From assembly GCA_003427395.1 (NCBI GenBank), contig BFEA01000007.1:4145565-4209564 (forward strand): a stretch of 64,000 bases of DNA, given 5' to 3'. Each line of letters opens with the position of its first letter. Positions within the stretch are counted from its first letter, which is position 1. The notes beneath the pieces are model-generated. The model did not search any database. It was not told the DNA's origin and was given only the letters and a program-made list of their open reading frames with translations. This document shows positions 60,382 to 64,000 of this stretch, in pieces. Made by a program: the position numbers and the translations under genes. This stretch comes from Chara braunii (taxonomy: Eukaryota; Plantae; Charophyceae).

Positions 60382-63300
60382 GAAGACCAAGCGAACTGCG
60401 ACGGCGAGCTGTCTGTCCGATGTCCGTACGGGGCGAGCAGGTTGGGCAGCTTCCTTAGCAAGTCGCTGTTTTTCATAATGCGCGAAGATGAGGGGTGCGG
60501 TTGCCTTCAGGTCAGCTTGTGAAATCCAGCGTGTGTCGTCAGGATCGCATTGCTTAAATTTAACTTTGTACTGCATTGGCTTGTTGCCATGCTTGCGATG
60601 AGTGAGAAAGCGGTCGACCTCCTGGTGACCATCCATTGAAGGAGGGTCGTGTGACCGTCTGCCCTGGAAGTTCGCTGCGGAGGCTGGAGTGTAGACCGCC
60701 AACTTTGAAGTGTGAAATATCGAGTGGACCGCCAAATGCGGGGGAATCTCGATGATGAGAGATGGACCCGCGGGGTCGTCGCCAGCTGCTGAAGTGACCT
60801 TCCATGGCCCAAACCACTTAGGGAGGAGCTTGCGCGAGACGTGCTGCTCGAGCGGGAATTCCTCGGAGGTGACCCAAACCAGGTCGCCAGCACGGATTGG
60901 ACATGGGATGCGACGGTGGTTCGCTTGCTGCTGCATACAGACCCGAGCCTTTTGCATGTTTGCGCGGGCTTTGGCCAGCAGTTCCCTGTACTTCCGTGTA
61001 GAAGCGGGGAGCAAGCGACGTCGATATCGGCAGCCCGTGGAAGCAAAATGTCTGCGAAGATACGTCCTTTCCGTCCACCGTGATGCAACTCGAATGGAGT
61101 CACGCCAATCGCCAGGTGCACCAAAGTGTTGTAGGCGAACTCGATGTCCCGAAGGCGGTCAACCGAGTCCTTCTGATCCGGACGGATGACTGTGCGGAGC
61201 ATCATCTGCGCTGTATGGTGCGCACGTTCCATTTGCCCATTCATTTGAGGATGCCGTGCGGAACTCGGTTTCATGCTGGTGCCGGATTCCACCATGAGTG
61301 TTGTCCAAAAGGCTGACATGAAACGAGTGTCGCGGTCGCCGACGATGTCTTCCGGAACTTCGTGGCTGCAAAACCAGCCGGTTTCATGCTGGTGCCGGAT
61401 TCCACCATGAGTGTCGTCCAAAAGGCTGACATGAAACGAGTGTCGCGGTCGCTGGCGATGTCTTCCGGAACTTCGTGGCTGCAAAACCAGCCGGTATTCA
61501 AAAGTCGTGCGAGCTAGGGAGTCGTCACATGATACTTGCATGGAAGAAATCGGGCGTACTTGCTCCAACGGTCAACGACCGTGAGAATACCATCATGGCC
61601 AAGGCGATCGCGAGGGAAAGGACCGGTCACATCCATAGCAATGGTTTCAGTTCGCCGTAGGGGAGCTGATGGCGCCCTTTGTTCCGATGGCAAACTGCGC
61701 ATGACTGAATGTGCAGGTTGACGTGGTTGATGATGTCCGACCAATGAAATCACCGGCGGAGTCGGGCAAGTGTGCATGCGATGCCAGGGTGTCCCGCCAA
61801 CCGTGAATCGAGGTATTCGCCAAGGAGGCGAGTGCGCAAGATGCGGTCTTGGGGAACACACAACAAGTCCTTGCCTCATGTATGAAGAAGCAAGTAGCCG
61901 TCGACAATGCGGTAATTGCTTGTCGGGGGTTGATCCGATTATAAGTTCCCATAGAGTGTGGAGAATCCCGGATCCGACTTGTAGCCGTTTATGAAATGCT
62001 GTTGCAAGTCCTCGTCGAGGCCGAATGTGGAGTGTACCAAGGCGCAAAGATCAGGTCTTCGCGAGAGAGCATCCGCTGCCTTGTTCGAGGAGTATGGTAT
62101 ATGCTTGGAGGTGAGCTGGTCAATGAAGTACATCCACCGACCGATCGTGCTACTCACCGTGTCTTGCGTCTTGTTTTAAGTCAACGAATTGTTGTCCGTT
62201 GCCCACGTGAATCGCCGACGCCCGAGGAGAAAGTGACGCCAATGCTGAAGTACGGTGACAAAAGCTAGCAGTTCCTTCTTCCTCGCATCATCAAGAGTGT
62301 TGATGGGCGACACCTTTTGGCTGAAGTACTCAACCGGATGCCAGTCTGTGCTGTCATGCTGTTCCAAAACCGCGCCAATGCCGTAACCGGAAGCATCCGT
62401 AGTCACTCTGGTAGGCAAGGTCGGGTCATAGATGCTTAAGACGGGAGCTTGAAGCAAAGTCGTCTTCAGCGTGTGGAACGCATGCCGGGCTTCGTCGTTG
62501 AATTTGAAGGGCACCAAGGGGGACTGAAGTCGTGACAATGGTGCAACGATCCGTTGAAAACCTTTGACGAAGCGCATGTAATATGATGCTAAGTCGAGAA
62601 AGGAGCGGACGTCGGTAGTACACTTGAGGTCCGACCAATCTTGAATGGCTTATACTTTGTCCGCGAGCGGACGAATGCTTTGCGGCGTAACGTAATGGCC
62701 TAAGTAAACTCTTGCTGGGCAAACTCGCACACTTGCACTTGTCGCGGTTCGCCTTGTACTTGGCGATACGGAGCCGCTCCAAAACGGCCCGAAGGTGCTC
62801 GTCCAGCGACCGACTATAAACCAAGATATCATCAAGGTAAATGAGTACGGTGCGGTCGAGCAGGTCGCGGAATTTCGTCGTCATAGCCGCTTGGAAAGTA
62901 GTCGGGGCATTGGTGAGACCGAAAGGCATGAAGATCTACTCAAAGTGCCCATACCGTGTCTTGAATGCGGTCTTGTACCGATCTCTTGGCTGGATCTCGA
63001 TCTGCTGATATCTGGATGTGAGGTCTAGCTTCGAGAAGTACTTGGCGCCGCCTAGTCGCTCGAGAAGGTCATCGAAAGGAGCGGGCCGACGTTCTTGATC
63101 GGTTGCGCATTAAGTTTCCGATAGTCGATGCACAAACAGAGGTCCTTGTTCTTCTTCCGAACAGCTAGGGTGAATCCAGCCGTTGGCCAAGAGGTCGTCT
63201 AGTTGTGCCCGAAGCACTTGAAGCTCCTCTTCGCTCATGCGGTAGATACATCCGTGCGGAGGTACGGCGCCGTCCTCGAGAGTGATCCCGTGGCGTGTGG

Positions 63301-64000
63301 GCCGGTCCGGTACTACTCCGGCGGGAGCTTGGAAGACACCCTCATAGCTATCCAACAGCTCCATGATGCGTGGGTCCGACGTATCCGTCTTGGGCTGGTC
63401 ACCGGGTGGGAGGGCGTGAAGAAAACATATGCCCATCTCCTCGATGTTGTTCCGCCAGATGGATTGGCAAATGCTCGAATGGAGACCACGTGACAACCAA
63501 ATCGAAGGATGAGGAAGCGGCACCGTACACGTGACTAATTCGCCACGCGGATCACGAACGTGAACGGTGCGTCGATAGAAGTTCACCGGATGGTCTTCGC
63601 TTTGCAGCCACGACATGCCTAAGATCATATCGAACTTAGTGTCCAATATGTGGAATGACACGACCTCGCATGCTAGCCGGGCAAAGTACACGCCACCGAG
63701 TCAATGCATCGGTCGATTGACTTTTGCGTGTGACCATCGGCCAACGTGACGTGCGTAGGCTGACTTTTCCTTCGAACGCGCGGGCCAAGCCCGACCTATG
63801 CCATGAAGTCTTGGCTGATGTAGTTGCGAGATGCTCCACAATCGATCAAGGCACTGAAGGTCGCCTTTCCGATCTAAATGCGGATGTAGAGGGGTGGCGC
63901 GTCGATGTCGACGTAGCGTTGCGTTGTGTGCGCACGGTCGATCTTCGCAAGATAGTTATGAAGATCAACAACCACTACTCCGCCGTCCGTCGACGGAGGT
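60382..64000 (-). mobile_element. Ty3/gypsy chromovirus pol pseudogene (PR-RT-RH-INT-chromodomain)
   Basis: ALIDCGASRNY (PR); [22 protein letters not shown] (RT); VTTDASGYGIGAVL, KELLAFV (RH); IAMDVTGPF, SDRDTRF, HPQMNGQMER, IEFAYN, KLLPKWFGPW (INT); EVDRFLTHR..QYKVKFK..DDTRW (chromodomain); multiple frameshifts. Confidence 0.97.

Overview
Eukaryotic, transposon-saturated, gapped (N-run) DNA. It looks green-plant/streptophyte-like: a plant-type NUP58 remnant, a chromovirus and tRNA-Met-type PBS sites. It resembles a large charophyte-alga assembly, but that is inference. I see no intact protein-coding gene. Recognisable remnants are three degraded Ty3/gypsy elements (+ strand 28.7-31.5 kb; - strand 38.5-44.4 kb with a ~1 kb internal inversion; - strand chromovirus 59.8-64 kb), a duplicated L1-type LINE RT fragment, LTR/PBS pieces, a MITE, a frameshifted intron-containing NUP58 copy, degenerate 25S/28S rRNA fragments in both orientations, and many microsatellites and local tandem duplications. 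The most unexplained signal is non-coding. A ~200-nt motif occurs six times on the + strand, with compensatory stem changes, a conserved GUGA (GNRA) hairpin and a possible pseudoknot. Three different arrays of covarying hairpins (7.3-9.5, 53.3-53.9 and 54.1-55.1 kb) lie 1.3-2.5 kb upstream of copies of that motif. All similarity and structure calls were made by eye, and coordinates of degenerate features are approximate.
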